Positions 19,170 to 29,400 of a DNA stretch of 64,000 bases are shown piece by piece; position 1 is the stretch's first letter; each line of letters starts with the position of its first letter. The DNA lies in the NCBI GenBank assembly GCA_040290255.1, contig PSMU01000001.1, positions 288,001 to 352,000 on the forward strand, written 5' to 3'. The DNA is from Nitrososphaerota archaeon. GTDB taxonomy: Archaea > Thermoproteota > Nitrososphaeria > PSMU01. A model generated the notes under the pieces. That model was not told the DNA's origin. It saw only the letters and a list, made by a program, of their open reading frames with translations, and ran no database searches. Made by a program: the position numbers and the translations under genes.

Positions 19170-19763
19170 TTGCAGGAGGACAGCCTGGCCAAGCTGGCGG
19201 CCGAGGTCCTGGTTTGCACGAAGTGCCCCCTGCACAGGAGCAGGAGCAGGGCCGTGCCGGGAGAGGGGCCGGAGGGCGCGCGCATCATGTTCATCGGCGA
19301 GGCCCCGGGCAGGGAGGAGGACCAGCAGGGGAGGCCCTTCGTGGGGAGGGCGGGGCAGCTGCTCACGGAGGCGCTGGAGGAGGCGGGGCTTGGCAGGTCG
19401 GAGGTCTTCATCACGAACGTGGTGAAGTGCCGCCCGCCGGGGAACAGGGAGCCCACCGAGGAGGAGATAGCGGCCTGCCGGCCCTATCTCAGGAGGCAGA
19501 TGGCGCTGCTGAAGCCCCAGGTGATCTGCCTGCTGGGCTCCGTGGCGGTGCGCGCGGTGCTGGGCGAGGGCTCCGTCTCGGGGCTCAGGGGGCGCTTTCT
19601 GGAGAGGGCGGGGCAGCGCTACTATGTCACGCTGCACCCGGCCGCCGCGATCTACAACCCCAACCTCAGGGCCCCCTTCAAGGGGGACATTCGGCGCCTG
19701 GCGGACGAGGTCATGGGCCGGCGGGCCCGCGCCGCCTCGAGGCTGGAGGAGTTCTTTGGCTAG
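19170..19763 (+). CDS. udg: Family-4 uracil-DNA glycosylase (Fe-S)
   Basis: CxxCxL, GEAPG..ED..G.PFVG, NVVKCRPP.NR.P, HPAA and a C-terminal PIP-like LEEFF. Confidence 0.95.
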   Translation: MQEDSLAKLAAEVLVCTKCPLHRSRSRAVPGEGPEGARIMFIGEAPGREEDQQGRPFVGRAGQLLTEALEEAGLGRSEVFITNVVKCRPPGNREPTEEEIAACRPYLRRQMALLKPQVICLLGSVAVRAVLGEGSVSGLRGRFLERAGQRYYVTLHPAAAIYNPNLRAPFKGDIRRLADEVMGRRARAASRLEEFFG

Positions 19764-21088
19764 AGCAGCGGCAGCACGATGTTCCTCAGCACGGCCAGCG
19801 CCAGGTAGGCGAGCGAGGCGAGCAGGAGGTAGCGCACGGCCCCCCTATAGGCCTCCGCCGCCCCTCTTCCGCTCGTGAAGCCCAGGCCCAGCCTGAGCGA
19901 AAAGCCCAGCGAAAGGGCTAGGAGCGCGAGCGCGGATACCCTAAGCGGCGCCGCATAGGGGGCCGAGGCGAGCTCTTCCAGGCCCAGCAGCAGCGCCGGC
20001 AGCGAGGGCAGCAGCAGCAGGGGCCCCGAGAGCACGAGGTAGAGCGAGAGCCCCCACGAGAGGCCCGGAAAGGCCGCCAGCTCGGCGGGGCTGATGCCCA
20101 GCCCGGGCCAGGGCTTAAGCCCCAGCAGCGCCGCCAGAAGGGCAGCGCCCAGGGCATAGGAGGCCAGCGCCCTCGGCGCGGCCAGCTCCCTTGCGCCCCC
20201 GCGCAGCACGCAGGGAAGGGCGCCCCTGAGCCAGGAGGCGAAGGAACTGGAGGAGGGAGGGGCGCGCGGCATCGCCCCGCTTTGGGAGGCGTAGAGCACC
20301 ACCTTGGCGTAGTGCACCAGCGAGATGAGGGGGCAGTACAGCATTGCCACGACGATGAACCCTCCCTCGCCCAGGAAGCCGGAGGCCAGCCCCAGCGTGA
20401 GCAGCAGGAAGAGGAGCGCGGCCCTGGTGAGGGCATAGGCGAGCGAGGGCGCCAGGAGCCGGCGCAGCGCCCGCAGCCCCAGGCGCAGCGCCCTGAAGCC
20501 CGTGGCGCCGTCCAGCGCGCAGGCGGGAAAGGAGTAGCAGAGGGCCCACCTCAGCAGCAGGCTGAGCGCGAGCCCCGGGAGGAGCAGCGGGAGCGCGCTG
20601 GGCGGGCTCGCGAGCAGCAGGGCCAGCACGAGAAAGAGCGGCGCGCTGGCCACGAGCTCGTAGGCGATGTTGGTCAGGAGCAGCCTGCCCAGCCATCGCC
20701 TTGCAAGGGGCGCCAGCTCGCCCAGCCTCACCGCTCCTTGCAGGCCCTGTGCGTAGGCGGGGTACTCGAAGGCATAGGCCAGGGCCCAGGCCACCAGCCA
20801 GAGCGCGGCGAAGCTGAGCAGCGGCAGGGCCAGCAGGCGAAGGCCCGAGGGCTGCGCGAGCAGCTCATCCAGCGCGGCCGCCAGGCCCCCGGAGGCCAGC
20901 TTGGCGAGCACATCGCCGGCCACGCCCTGGGGCAGGCGCCCCAGAAGATAGAGCAGCAGCCCGAGTGAGAAGGAGGAGCTAAGGCCATAGGCCGCCTGGT
21001 GCAGCAGGCCCACCGAGGCGAGCCCCGGGCTCCTCCTCCAGAACCCGTAGGCCTCCTTCAGCGCTTCGTTAAAGGAGGCCTCGCCCAT
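19760..21088 (-). CDS. Hypothetical polytopic membrane protein
   Basis: Many Leu/Ala hydrophobic segments; last gene of the tmk-dph6 run. Confidence 0.7.
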   Translation of the reverse strand: MGEASFNEALKEAYGFWRRSPGLASVGLLHQAAYGLSSSFSLGLLLYLLGRLPQGVAGDVLAKLASGGLAAALDELLAQPSGLRLLALPLLSFAALWLVAWALAYAFEYPAYAQGLQGAVRLGELAPLARRWLGRLLLTNIAYELVASAPLFLVLALLLASPPSALPLLLPGLALSLLLRWALCYSFPACALDGATGFRALRLGLRALRRLLAPSLAYALTRAALLFLLLTLGLASGFLGEGGFIVVAMLYCPLISLVHYAKVVLYASQSGAMPRAPPSSSSFASWLRGALPCVLRGGARELAAPRALASYALGAALLAALLGLKPWPGLGISPAELAAFPGLSWGLSLYLVLSGPLLLLPSLPALLLGLEELASAPYAAPLRVSALALLALSLGFSLRLGLGFTSGRGAAEAYRGAVRYLLLASLAYLALAVLRNIVLPLL

Positions 21089-21788
21089 ACGCCTCCGCGC
21101 TCCTTGAGGCCGCGGCCAGCCCCGCCTCCTCTATCACGTACAGGCCCCCATCCCCCCTCCACTCCACCCTCGCCTTCAGGACCTGAATCCTGGCCCCAAA
21201 GGGCGGGGCCCAGAGCACGAAGGTCTCATACTCACCCCCCTCACCCGTGGGGTTGAGCCCGTACTTCCCATGAAGGGCCTTCAGCTCCTCCGCCGCCTCC
21301 CTGTCCAACCTCCGGCCTAGCCAGCGCCGCCCAAGGCCCAGCGCGCTGACGCTGGTGAAGATCGCCTCCAGGCCGGAGGCGATGTACTCATCCAGCAGCC
21401 GCTCCTGATCCCTGCCCCAGAGCGGCGCGAGCAGGCGTAGCCCCAGGCCTTCGCAGAGGGCCTCTAGCCTTCTCCTCTGGTAGAGCGAGGCGATCGCGCC
21501 CGCCACCACGCCCTCGGCGCCGTAGCGAAGCTTGGCCTCGAGCAGGGCCGCCCTCAGGTCCTCGAGCTCCCTCTCCTTCTCGCCGCTGCTCGTCCTTCTG
21601 ATTAGGGGCAGGCCCAGGCAGCGCGCCTGAAGCTCCACCCACCTTACGTTGGCGCTATGAAACATGTACGACCAAGGGTTTTCGGGGAAGACGGTGACCA
21701 GGCAGGCGAGCTCATGGCCCTGCTCTAGGGCCTTCATCAGCGCATAGGTGGAGTCCTTTCCCCCGCTATAGGCGGCGGCCAGCCTCAC
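21069..21788 (-). CDS. dph6: Diphthine--ammonia ligase (PP-loop ATPase)
   Basis: SGGKDS, SYMFH, GAIAS.YQ, PLW and GEGGEYET. Confidence 0.92.
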   Translation of the reverse strand: MRLAAAYSGGKDSTYALMKALEQGHELACLVTVFPENPWSYMFHSANVRWVELQARCLGLPLIRRTSSGEKERELEDLRAALLEAKLRYGAEGVVAGAIASLYQRRRLEALCEGLGLRLLAPLWGRDQERLLDEYIASGLEAIFTSVSALGLGRRWLGRRLDREAAEELKALHGKYGLNPTGEGGEYETFVLWAPPFGARIQVLKARVEWRGDGGLYVIEEAGLAAASRSAEAYGRGLL

Positions 21789-22383
21789 TTCCAGCCCTCC
21801 TCCAAAGCTCGAGAGCGGCCTCCAGGACTTTGGAGGCCACCTCTTGGATGGGGGGGTTCGCGTCCACCACCCGCATCTCCCCATAGCGCGCGGCGAGCCT
21901 CAGGAAGGCCTCCCTGACCCTCCTGGCCCTCCCCTCATCCTCAAACAGCTCAAGTCCCCTGCCCGCCCTCCTGAGCCTCTCCTGGCAGGCCGAGGGCTCG
22001 GCATCCAGCAGGATGGCCAGGTCCGGCCTCCTGAAGGGCTCGTTGGCCCTCATCAGATAGGCCTCGTCCGCCTCGAGAGAGCCGAAGGCGATGGTCGAGT
22101 AAAGGTAGCGGTCGCAGACGACCGTGCCCCGCGCCAGGAAGGGCAGGATCTCCTCCTTCAGGTGCTGGGCGCGGTCGGCCATGAAGAGGAGCTGAAGGGC
22201 CAGGCCCGTTATGTTCACCTCGCGCCTGAGCGCGCGCCTTATCAGCTGGCCCACCTCGCGCTCCGTGGGCTCCTTGGTGAGCAGCACGATCTCGCCCCTC
22301 CTCCTGAGCGCCTCGGCCAGCAGCCTGGCCTGGGTGGTGATGCCGGCCCCGTCGAGCCCCTCCAGCACGATGAAGAAGCCCAC
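21766..22383 (-). CDS. tmk: Thymidylate kinase
   Basis: FIVLEGLDGAG.TTQ, LF.ADRAQH and DRY..S..A. Confidence 0.93.
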   Translation of the reverse strand: MGFFIVLEGLDGAGITTQARLLAEALRRRGEIVLLTKEPTEREVGQLIRRALRREVNITGLALQLLFMADRAQHLKEEILPFLARGTVVCDRYLYSTIAFGSLEADEAYLMRANEPFRRPDLAILLDAEPSACQERLRRAGRGLELFEDEGRARRVREAFLRLAARYGEMRVVDANPPIQEVASKVLEAALELWRRAGSEAGRRL

Positions 22384-22463
22384 CTCCCGTTCGCGCCCCG
22401 GCTCTTATGTTAAGCTTTCCTTGGGGGCAAAGCGTTTTAGGGGCGCGCGGCGCTGGCCCCCGC

Positions 22464-23621
22464 GTGCGTAAGGTCGGGATCGTCTCCGCGGGCATGACGC
22501 TCTTTGGCAGGAGGCTGCTCGAAACCAGCCCCGAGCTCTGCTTTGAAGCGGCAAGGGCGGCCCTCGATGGGGCGGGGCTGGAGCCCAAGGACATAGATGC
22601 GGTGGTCATAGGCAGCGCGCCCGATGCGTTCGACGGCGTGCACATGAAGGGGGAGTATTTGGCCGAGGGCTGCGCGGCCCAGCTGAAGCCCTGCTCGCGC
22701 GTCTATGTGGGCGGGGCCACGGGGGTCTACGCGGCCATCGCGGGCTGGTGGCATATAGCTTCGGGGCTCTTCGATACGGTGCTGGTCGTCTGTGAGGAGA
22801 AGATGAGCCCCCTTCAGCCCCATCCCCAGCTCGCCTTCTGGACGATCTTCGATTACGCGCTTGAGCGGCCCCTGGGCATAAACCTGCTCTGGATCTTCTC
22901 GCTGCAGATGACGCAATACATGCATAACTTCGGCGCGAGCGAGGAGGATATCGCGCTCGTGAGCGTGAAGAACAAGAGAAACGCGCTCGACCATCCCAGC
23001 GCGCAGGCGGCCGAGCAGGTGACGGTGCAGGATGTGCTGGCCTCGGAGCCCATCTGCCTCCCGGTCCGCAGGCTCATGGTGAGCCCCGTTTCAGACGGCG
23101 CGGCCGCGCTGGTGATGGCGAGCGAGGAGAGGGCAAGGAGGCTGACCGACGCCCCCGTCATGGTGAAGGGGGCCGGGTGGTGCGTGGATGACCAGTTCTG
23201 GACGGCAAGGGACCTGGCCCACCAGAGGCACACGCGCGAGGCAGCCCAGATGGCCTATCGGATGGCCAAGGTGGACGAGCCCAGGAGGGCCTTCGACCTG
23301 GTGGAGCCCTACGATCCCTTTGCCCACCTGGAGCTGGTGAACCTGGAGAGCCTGGGCATCTTCGGCAAGGGGGAGGCCTACAAAGCCACAAGGGAGGGCG
23401 TTACGGCGAGGCAGGGCGAGCTTCCCTCCTCGCCCAGCGGCGGGCTGCTGGGCGTGGGCAACCCCATCGCGGCCGCGGGGCTGATGAAGGTCATCGAGTG
23501 CTTCTGGCAGCTCAGGGGCGAGGCGGGCGCGCGGCAGGTGCCCATCGAGAAGGGGCTCGCGCTGGCCCACAGCTGGGGCGACCTGCTGCAGGCCTCCACC
23601 GTCATAATACTGGGCACCTAG
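22464..23621 (+). CDS. Thiolase-superfamily protein lacking the nucleophilic Cys
   Basis: VKNKRNALDHP, SPVSDGAAA, YDPF and SGGLLGVGNPIAAAG; VGGATG in place of ACASG. Confidence 0.9.
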   Translation: MRKVGIVSAGMTLFGRRLLETSPELCFEAARAALDGAGLEPKDIDAVVIGSAPDAFDGVHMKGEYLAEGCAAQLKPCSRVYVGGATGVYAAIAGWWHIASGLFDTVLVVCEEKMSPLQPHPQLAFWTIFDYALERPLGINLLWIFSLQMTQYMHNFGASEEDIALVSVKNKRNALDHPSAQAAEQVTVQDVLASEPICLPVRRLMVSPVSDGAAALVMASEERARRLTDAPVMVKGAGWCVDDQFWTARDLAHQRHTREAAQMAYRMAKVDEPRRAFDLVEPYDPFAHLELVNLESLGIFGKGEAYKATREGVTARQGELPSSPSGGLLGVGNPIAAAGLMKVIECFWQLRGEAGARQVPIEKGLALAHSWGDLLQASTVIILGT

Positions 23622-23623
23622 GC

Positions 23624-24310
23624 CTAGCCCAAGGCTAGGTTGAGCAGGAAGACCACGCCCGCCACTATGCCGCCCGTGAGCGCCGTGAGGATCCCCCTCC
23701 TAAAGCTGTAGGCGTGCCTGCTGAGCAGGCCCGTCGCGCCCATGATGAAGAGCGCCAGCAGGGGGGCCAGGGCGGTGCCGAGGAGGGCCTGCCGCCGCGG
23801 GGCGGCGAGCGCGTAGGGCGTGACGAGCAGCGCCGAAGCGATGAAGAAGGAGGCCCCGGCCAGCGCCCCCTCGCGCAGGGGGCTCCTCCTGAGCTCGTCC
23901 ATGTGCAGGTGAAGCTCATGAAGGAGCTGCGTCCTGAGCCAGAGCTCCCTGTCGCTCGTCACCCTCTTGACGATCACGTCCACCTCCTTGGGGGAGTAGC
24001 CCTCCTCCCTCAGCAGCTCCTCCAGCTCCCTCCTCTCCTCCTCGGGCTCCGTATCTATCTCCATCCGCTCCCTCTGCACATCGAGCCTCATCAGGTCCAG
24101 CTCGAGCCTGGCCGAGAGGTAGCTGCTCTGAAAGAGGGAGAGGGCCCCGCCGATGGCCAGCGCCAGGCCGGCTATTATTATGGCCCTGTACTCGACGCCG
24201 GCCATGTTGAGCGCGAGCGTGGCCGCCATCGCCTCTATTAGCCCGTCCGCGGCGCCCAGCAGCGCCCAGCCGGCGAAGGCCCTGCCCTCGATGTGGGGGT
24301 GCTTCTCCAC
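23624..24310 (-). CDS. VIT1/CCC1 family Fe/Mn transporter
   Basis: LLGAADGL, GALS....YLS and E..EI...PEEE..EL; start uncertain (24310 or 24343). Confidence 0.88.
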   Translation of the reverse strand: MEKHPHIEGRAFAGWALLGAADGLIEAMAATLALNMAGVEYRAIIIAGLALAIGGALSLFQSSYLSARLELDLMRLDVQRERMEIDTEPEEERRELEELLREEGYSPKEVDVIVKRVTSDRELWLRTQLLHELHLHMDELRRSPLREGALAGASFFIASALLVTPYALAAPRRQALLGTALAPLLALFIMGATGLLSRHAYSFRRGILTALTGGIVAGVVFLLNLALG

Positions 24311-24390
24311 CGGGCGCGCCGCCTCCTGCGTTCTTTTAAGCATGAAGGGATTCAATAAAAGGCTTTAACGCGGCCCGGCGCCGGCTTCAC

Positions 24391-25680
24391 GTGCAGCGGC
24401 CCAGGATAAACGGCGCGGCCGAGGCCCTGACGCTTCCCGAGGGCGCCAGGGTTACGCTCGCCGGGTGGGTCACGGCCAAGAGGGAGGTCGGCGGCGTGGT
24501 CTTCCTGCTGCTGAGGGACGGCAGCGGCTTCCTGCAGCTGGTGGCGAAGAAGCCGGGCGCGGCCTATGAGCAGGCGCGCTCGGTGTCGAAGGAGGAGGCC
24601 ATCCTGGCCGAGGGCGTGCTGAGGAGCGATGCCAGGGCGCCCGGTGGAAAGGAGCTGGTGCTCTCCTCGCTGGAGGTGGTCGCACATGCCGATGCGTGGC
24701 CCATCACGCCCTCGATCGTGAAGTCGGCCAAGGCCTACTTCGACCTGAGGCACCTGACCATAAGGGGCAGAAGGGCCCAGGCCATCGCCAAGATAAGGTC
24801 GGAGCTCTTCCGGCTCGCCTTCGAGTTCTTCACGAGCAGGGGCTTCACCTACATCACCGCGCCCCTGATCGTGCAGGCGGCCGTCGAGGGAGGGGCCACG
24901 CTCTTCAAGCTGGATTACTTCGGCAAGGAGGCCTACCTCTCTCAGAGCGCCCAGTTCTACGAGGAGGCGGCCATCTGCGCGCTGGAGAAGGTCTTCGTGA
25001 TTCAGCCCGCCTTCAGGGCGGAGAAGTCCAGGACGCCCAAGCACCTGACGGAGTTCTGGATGATAGAGGCCGAGATGGCCTTCGCGACGCAGGAGGACAA
25101 CATGAGGCTCCAGGAGGAGCTCGTGGCCTTCCTGGCCTCCCAGCTAAAGGAGCGCTGCGCGGAGCAGCTGAGGCTGCTGGGCAGGACCTTCACGCCGCCC
25201 TTGCCCCCCTTCCCCAGGCTGACCTACGATGAGGCCAGGCGGATGGCCGAGGAGAAGGGCGTCGGCTTCCCCTGGGGAGAAGACATCAGCGCCGAGGCCG
25301 AAAGGGCCCTATCGAGCTCCTTCCAGGCGCCCTTCTTCGTCACGGAGTACCCCCTCTCCGCCCGCTCCTTCTACCATATGACCAGGCCCGACCGGCCCGA
25401 GGTCACGCTCTCGGCCGACCTCCTGGCGCCCGAGGGCTATGGCGAGATAGCCACCGGAGGGCAGAGGATTCACGACTACGAGACGCTCAGGCAGAGGATT
25501 GAGAAGCTGGACCTGCCGGCCTCCTCCTTCCAGTGGTACCTGGAGCTGAGGAGGTATGGCATGCCCCCGCATGCCGGCTTCGGCATAGGCGTGGAGCGCC
25601 TGCTGCGCTGGATCTGCGGCATAAGGAATATACGCTACACCACGCTCTTCCCCAGGACGCCCGCCCGGGTCTACCCTTAA
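24391..25680 (+). CDS. asnS: Asparaginyl-tRNA synthetase (class IIb)
   Basis: OB-fold LRDGSG, VEGGATLF, FRAEKSRT.KHLTEFW.IEAE and FPRTPARVYP. Confidence 0.82.
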   Translation: MQRPRINGAAEALTLPEGARVTLAGWVTAKREVGGVVFLLLRDGSGFLQLVAKKPGAAYEQARSVSKEEAILAEGVLRSDARAPGGKELVLSSLEVVAHADAWPITPSIVKSAKAYFDLRHLTIRGRRAQAIAKIRSELFRLAFEFFTSRGFTYITAPLIVQAAVEGGATLFKLDYFGKEAYLSQSAQFYEEAAICALEKVFVIQPAFRAEKSRTPKHLTEFWMIEAEMAFATQEDNMRLQEELVAFLASQLKERCAEQLRLLGRTFTPPLPPFPRLTYDEARRMAEEKGVGFPWGEDISAEAERALSSSFQAPFFVTEYPLSARSFYHMTRPDRPEVTLSADLLAPEGYGEIATGGQRIHDYETLRQRIEKLDLPASSFQWYLELRRYGMPPHAGFGIGVERLLRWICGIRNIRYTTLFPRTPARVYP

Positions 25681-25706
25681 ATAGCACCGCGCCTCGCTTC
25701 TGGCTG

Positions 25707-26696
25707 TTGGGCGAGAACGAGCTCGAGCTGGAGAGCCTCGAGGGGGTGGGCGCCGTCACGCGCCAGAAGCTGGAGGATGCGGGCATCTACTCGCTGCGGG
25801 AGCTGGCCGTGAGCAGCCCGGTGGAGATAGCGGAGGCCCTGGGCTGGGAGGTCTCCAGGGCGGCGGAGCTCGTGAACAGCGCCAGGAGAAGGCTCTCGGA
25901 GCTCGGGCTGCTGGAGGCGGACTTCGTAAAGGCCAGCGAGGTCTACAAGAAGAGGCTGAGCATCGAGCGGATCAGCACCGGCAGCAGGGCGCTCGACGAG
26001 CTGCTGGGCGGAGGGGTGGAGACGCAGGCCGTCACGGAGTTCTACGGCGAGTATGGGACGGGAAAGACGCAGATCTGCCACACGCTGGCCGTGATGGTGC
26101 AGCTTCCCAAGGAGGAGGGCGGCCTGCAGGCGGGCGCGCTTTACGTGGATACGGAGAACACCTTCAGGCCCGAGCGCGTGGCCAGCATAGCGGAGGCCCG
26201 GGGGCTCAACCCCCAGGCGACGCTGGAGAAGATCATCGTGGCCAGGACCTATAACAGCGCCCATCAGGAGTTCATCGTGAAGCAGGCGGGCAAGCTCATC
26301 CCCGAGCAGGGCATAAGGCTCCTCATCGTGGACTCGGCCGTTTCGCATTATAGGGCCGAGTTCGTGGGCAGGGCCACGCTGGCCGAAAGGCAGCAGCTCC
26401 TGAACAGGTTCATGCACCTGCTGCTGAGGACGGCCGAGGTCTACAACGTGGCCGTCGTGGTGACGAACCAGGTGCAGGCGGCGCCGGATGTCTTCTTCGG
26501 CGACCCAACGCGGCCCACGGGGGGGCATGTGCTGGGCCACACGAGCACGTATCGCATCTACCTGAGGAAGGGGGCCAAGGGCTCCAGGATCGCGAGGATG
26601 GTGGACAGCCCCTATCATCCCGAGAGGGAGGCGGCCTTCATCCTCAGCGAGAGGGGCATAGAGGACCTGCAGGAGGTAGGAAAGAAGGCCAAATAG
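25707..26696 (+). CDS. radA: DNA repair and recombination protein RadA
   Basis: N-terminal HhH, GEYGTGKTQ, DTENTFRPER, LAERQQ, TNQV and GGHVLGH; TTG start after a TATA. Confidence 0.96.
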   Translation: MGENELELESLEGVGAVTRQKLEDAGIYSLRELAVSSPVEIAEALGWEVSRAAELVNSARRRLSELGLLEADFVKASEVYKKRLSIERISTGSRALDELLGGGVETQAVTEFYGEYGTGKTQICHTLAVMVQLPKEEGGLQAGALYVDTENTFRPERVASIAEARGLNPQATLEKIIVARTYNSAHQEFIVKQAGKLIPEQGIRLLIVDSAVSHYRAEFVGRATLAERQQLLNRFMHLLLRTAEVYNVAVVVTNQVQAAPDVFFGDPTRPTGGHVLGHTSTYRIYLRKGAKGSRIARMVDSPYHPEREAAFILSERGIEDLQEVGKKAK

Positions 26697-26727
26697 GCCT
26701 AGCTTATAAGCGGGTCCTCTTCGGGCG

Positions 26728-29400
26728 TTGGCCGTGAGGTTAAGGGCCCTATCGGTGCTGCTGCTGCTCTCCCTTTCCCTCCTGCCGCCCGCATGGCCGG
26801 CCCAGGCGCAGGCCGCGCCGTACAGGGAGGCGCTCTACTTCTCCAGCGTTCAGGGGCTCAGCTATCTCTATCGGCTCAGCTTCCAGGGCCTGCCGGCCTC
26901 CAACCTCAGCGCCCCCTTTAGGTCTCTGCTGGAAAACCTCACCGGCCTGCGGCAGTTCTCGCTGGAGGCGAGCGCGCGGCCCTCGCCCAGCGCGGAGGGG
27001 CTCGTGTGGAGCCAGCTGCAGCCTTATGCGCACCTGCTGGGCCTGGGCCCGCTGCCCTCGCCCGGCCTGCTGCTGAGGGCATCGCCGCCCTCGGAGGCGG
27101 CCGCTCTGGCGGCGGGCCTGAACGCGCGCTTCAACCTCTCCCTGGCGCCGCTGGCCGATGGCAGCTATTACTCTCCGATCCAATACGATGTGCTGGTCAA
27201 GCGGGCGCTCTGGCCCCTCATCCCCACGACGGGCCTGGGCGCGCTGGTGAGGCAGGGCGACTTCCTTGGGCTCCCCTACTCCAGGATCCTGCTCGAGTAC
27301 TCGGCGCCCCTCGGAAGCTGGAACATCACGCTGCTGGGCTTCTCCAACGTAGCCCTTGGGGGGCAGTTCTCGCTGAGCAGCGTCTTTCCCGCCCTCTCCT
27401 CGGCCCGCGTTAACGCCTCCTCCGGCGCCGGGGCGAACATCACGGTGGCCCTCGTGGGCGCGCTGGTGGCCCGCGCGCAGGGCATAGAGATGAGAAATGA
27501 CCCCTCCTCGCTCGGCGCGCAGGGCTCACTGCACCTGGGCCCGGGCGGGAGGATGCCCAACCTGAACATCACGATAACCACGGCCTTCCCCGTGCTCCTG
27601 GCGACGAGGGACATAGATAATGCCTCCGTGAAGTTCGGCGACGTCATCGAAGTAAGGGTCAGCGTGAGGAACCTGGCCCCTCCCTCCGCGCCGCCGGCGC
27701 TCAACCTGACGCTGAACGAGAAGTGGTGGAGGCCCTACTTCGACCTCGTGCTGGGGAACGCGACGCTCGCCGCGCCCCAGCTGCAGGGGGGAGGGGAGGC
27801 GACGCTGGCCTATAGGCTGCGCGTGAAGACGAACCAGAGCGCCACGCTGCTCGCGGATGGCGGCCCCCTGCTCTACTACTACAGGGCGGGAAACGAAACC
27901 CTTCAGGGCAGCGTGGCGCTCAACGCCTTCCCCGTGCACGTCAACAGGGAGGAGGGCTCGCTCATCATGAGGCTGGAGCCGGCCTCGGCCCAGCCCGGCT
28001 GGGGGCCTGTGAACGCCACGCTCAAGGTCAGGAACGCCGGGCTCAGGGCGGTCATAGGGGCAAAGGGGAATGGCACCTCGCTGCCCGACCTGCTGCCCGG
28101 GCAGAGCTATACGCTGCGCCTTACGCTTAACCCCCCTCCGTTCGGCAAGGCCCGACTGGAGGCGAAGGAGGTCCTGAGCTGGCCGACCACCTCGGGCGAG
28201 CTTCAGGCCTCGACGAACGGCATATCCGTGATCGTGGACCAGGCCTCCAGCCAGCTCCCCAGGCCCTCGGTGAGCCTGGGGGCGGAGGGGCTCGGCCGGC
28301 CCTCGCTGAACCTTACCTACACTCTTCAGAACGCCCAGGGCGGAGGGGCGATGAGGGGCTATTCGCTCTCGGCCGGCCTCGCGCCGGGCCTGCTGGCCCC
28401 TAGGGGCAACTTTACGGGCCTGGGCACGCAGCTTCTTGCCTCGGGCAATCTGGGGCCGGGCGCTGCGATAAGGTACTACGCCCTGATCAACTTCACCGCG
28501 CCTGAGAACTACATCCTGCCTCCCCCGCTGCTGAGCTTCGCGCTGGGTCCCTATAACTTCACGTATAGGGGAGAGGGCTACGGCCTGCCGCTGGGCATAT
28601 CGCTCTCGCAGGCCGTGCTGCCCCGCGCGGGCTTCCCGGGCTTCAACTTCACGGCCATCTTCACGACCATGAATAGGGGGACCCTGGCCGTCTACGGGCT
28701 GGCGCTGGTGGTGAACGCCAGCGGCCTCTCCTTCCTCACCAACGCAAGCCTCGCGAGGGCCAGCTTGGCGGGAGGCGAGGCCTGGACGCTTAAGGGCCAC
28801 TTCAGGCCCAGCGCCCCGGGCATGTTCTCGCTTCAGGGGACCGGCGTCGCCTTCACGTTCGCCGGCCGGACCTATACGCTACGCGCCCCTTCGGCCGTCA
28901 ACTTCACGGCCTATCAGCTGCCCGTGGTCGCTCTGCGCGCGCCGGAGACGGTGCCCGAGGGCAGCTCCTTCGCGCTCAAGGTCCTGGTGAGCAATCCCTC
29001 GCCGCTCCCGCTGGAGAACATCTCCATACAGCTCGTGGGAGCGCCATCCTACCTGGAGCTCTCGAACGCCTCGCTCCTGGTGCCGCGCCTGGAGGCGAAC
29101 TCATCCATCGAGCTTACCCTTCAGGCCAGGCTCACGGCCCCCTTCGACGTGTCGCTCCCGCCTCCCGCCGCCTATTTTAGCTACCAAGGGGCCCGCCTGC
29201 CGGCCTCGAGCTCAGGCGTAATAATAGCGGTACAGGAGCAGGTGCTCCTGAGGTATGCGTTGCCGCTGGCCCTGGGCCTTGGCCTGATCCTGCTCGCGGC
29301 CCTGCTCGTAAGGAGGGCTACCTTTCCCTCTTCCCCTGCGCGAACTCAAGAAAGGCCTGCTTCGCCTCATGGTAGGGCATCTGCAGCGGTGGGTGCTTGA
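26728..29400 (+). CDS. Secreted, C-terminally membrane-anchored surface glycoprotein (S-layer/Ig-like repeats)
   Basis: Signal peptide, about 25 N-x-S/T sequons, beta-rich V.N.G repeats, C-terminal TM followed by RR. Confidence 0.8.
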   Translation: MAVRLRALSVLLLLSLSLLPPAWPAQAQAAPYREALYFSSVQGLSYLYRLSFQGLPASNLSAPFRSLLENLTGLRQFSLEASARPSPSAEGLVWSQLQPYAHLLGLGPLPSPGLLLRASPPSEAAALAAGLNARFNLSLAPLADGSYYSPIQYDVLVKRALWPLIPTTGLGALVRQGDFLGLPYSRILLEYSAPLGSWNITLLGFSNVALGGQFSLSSVFPALSSARVNASSGAGANITVALVGALVARAQGIEMRNDPSSLGAQGSLHLGPGGRMPNLNITITTAFPVLLATRDIDNASVKFGDVIEVRVSVRNLAPPSAPPALNLTLNEKWWRPYFDLVLGNATLAAPQLQGGGEATLAYRLRVKTNQSATLLADGGPLLYYYRAGNETLQGSVALNAFPVHVNREEGSLIMRLEPASAQPGWGPVNATLKVRNAGLRAVIGAKGNGTSLPDLLPGQSYTLRLTLNPPPFGKARLEAKEVLSWPTTSGELQASTNGISVIVDQASSQLPRPSVSLGAEGLGRPSLNLTYTLQNAQGGGAMRGYSLSAGLAPGLLAPRGNFTGLGTQLLASGNLGPGAAIRYYALINFTAPENYILPPPLLSFALGPYNFTYRGEGYGLPLGISLSQAVLPRAGFPGFNFTAIFTTMNRGTLAVYGLALVVNASGLSFLTNASLARASLAGGEAWTLKGHFRPSAPGMFSLQGTGVAFTFAGRTYTLRAPSAVNFTAYQLPVVALRAPETVPEGSSFALKVLVSNPSPLPLENISIQLVGAPSYLELSNASLLVPRLEANSSIELTLQARLTAPFDVSLPPPAAYFSYQGARLPASSSGVIIAVQEQVLLRYALPLALGLGLILLAALLVRRATFPSSPARTQERPASPHGRASAAVGA

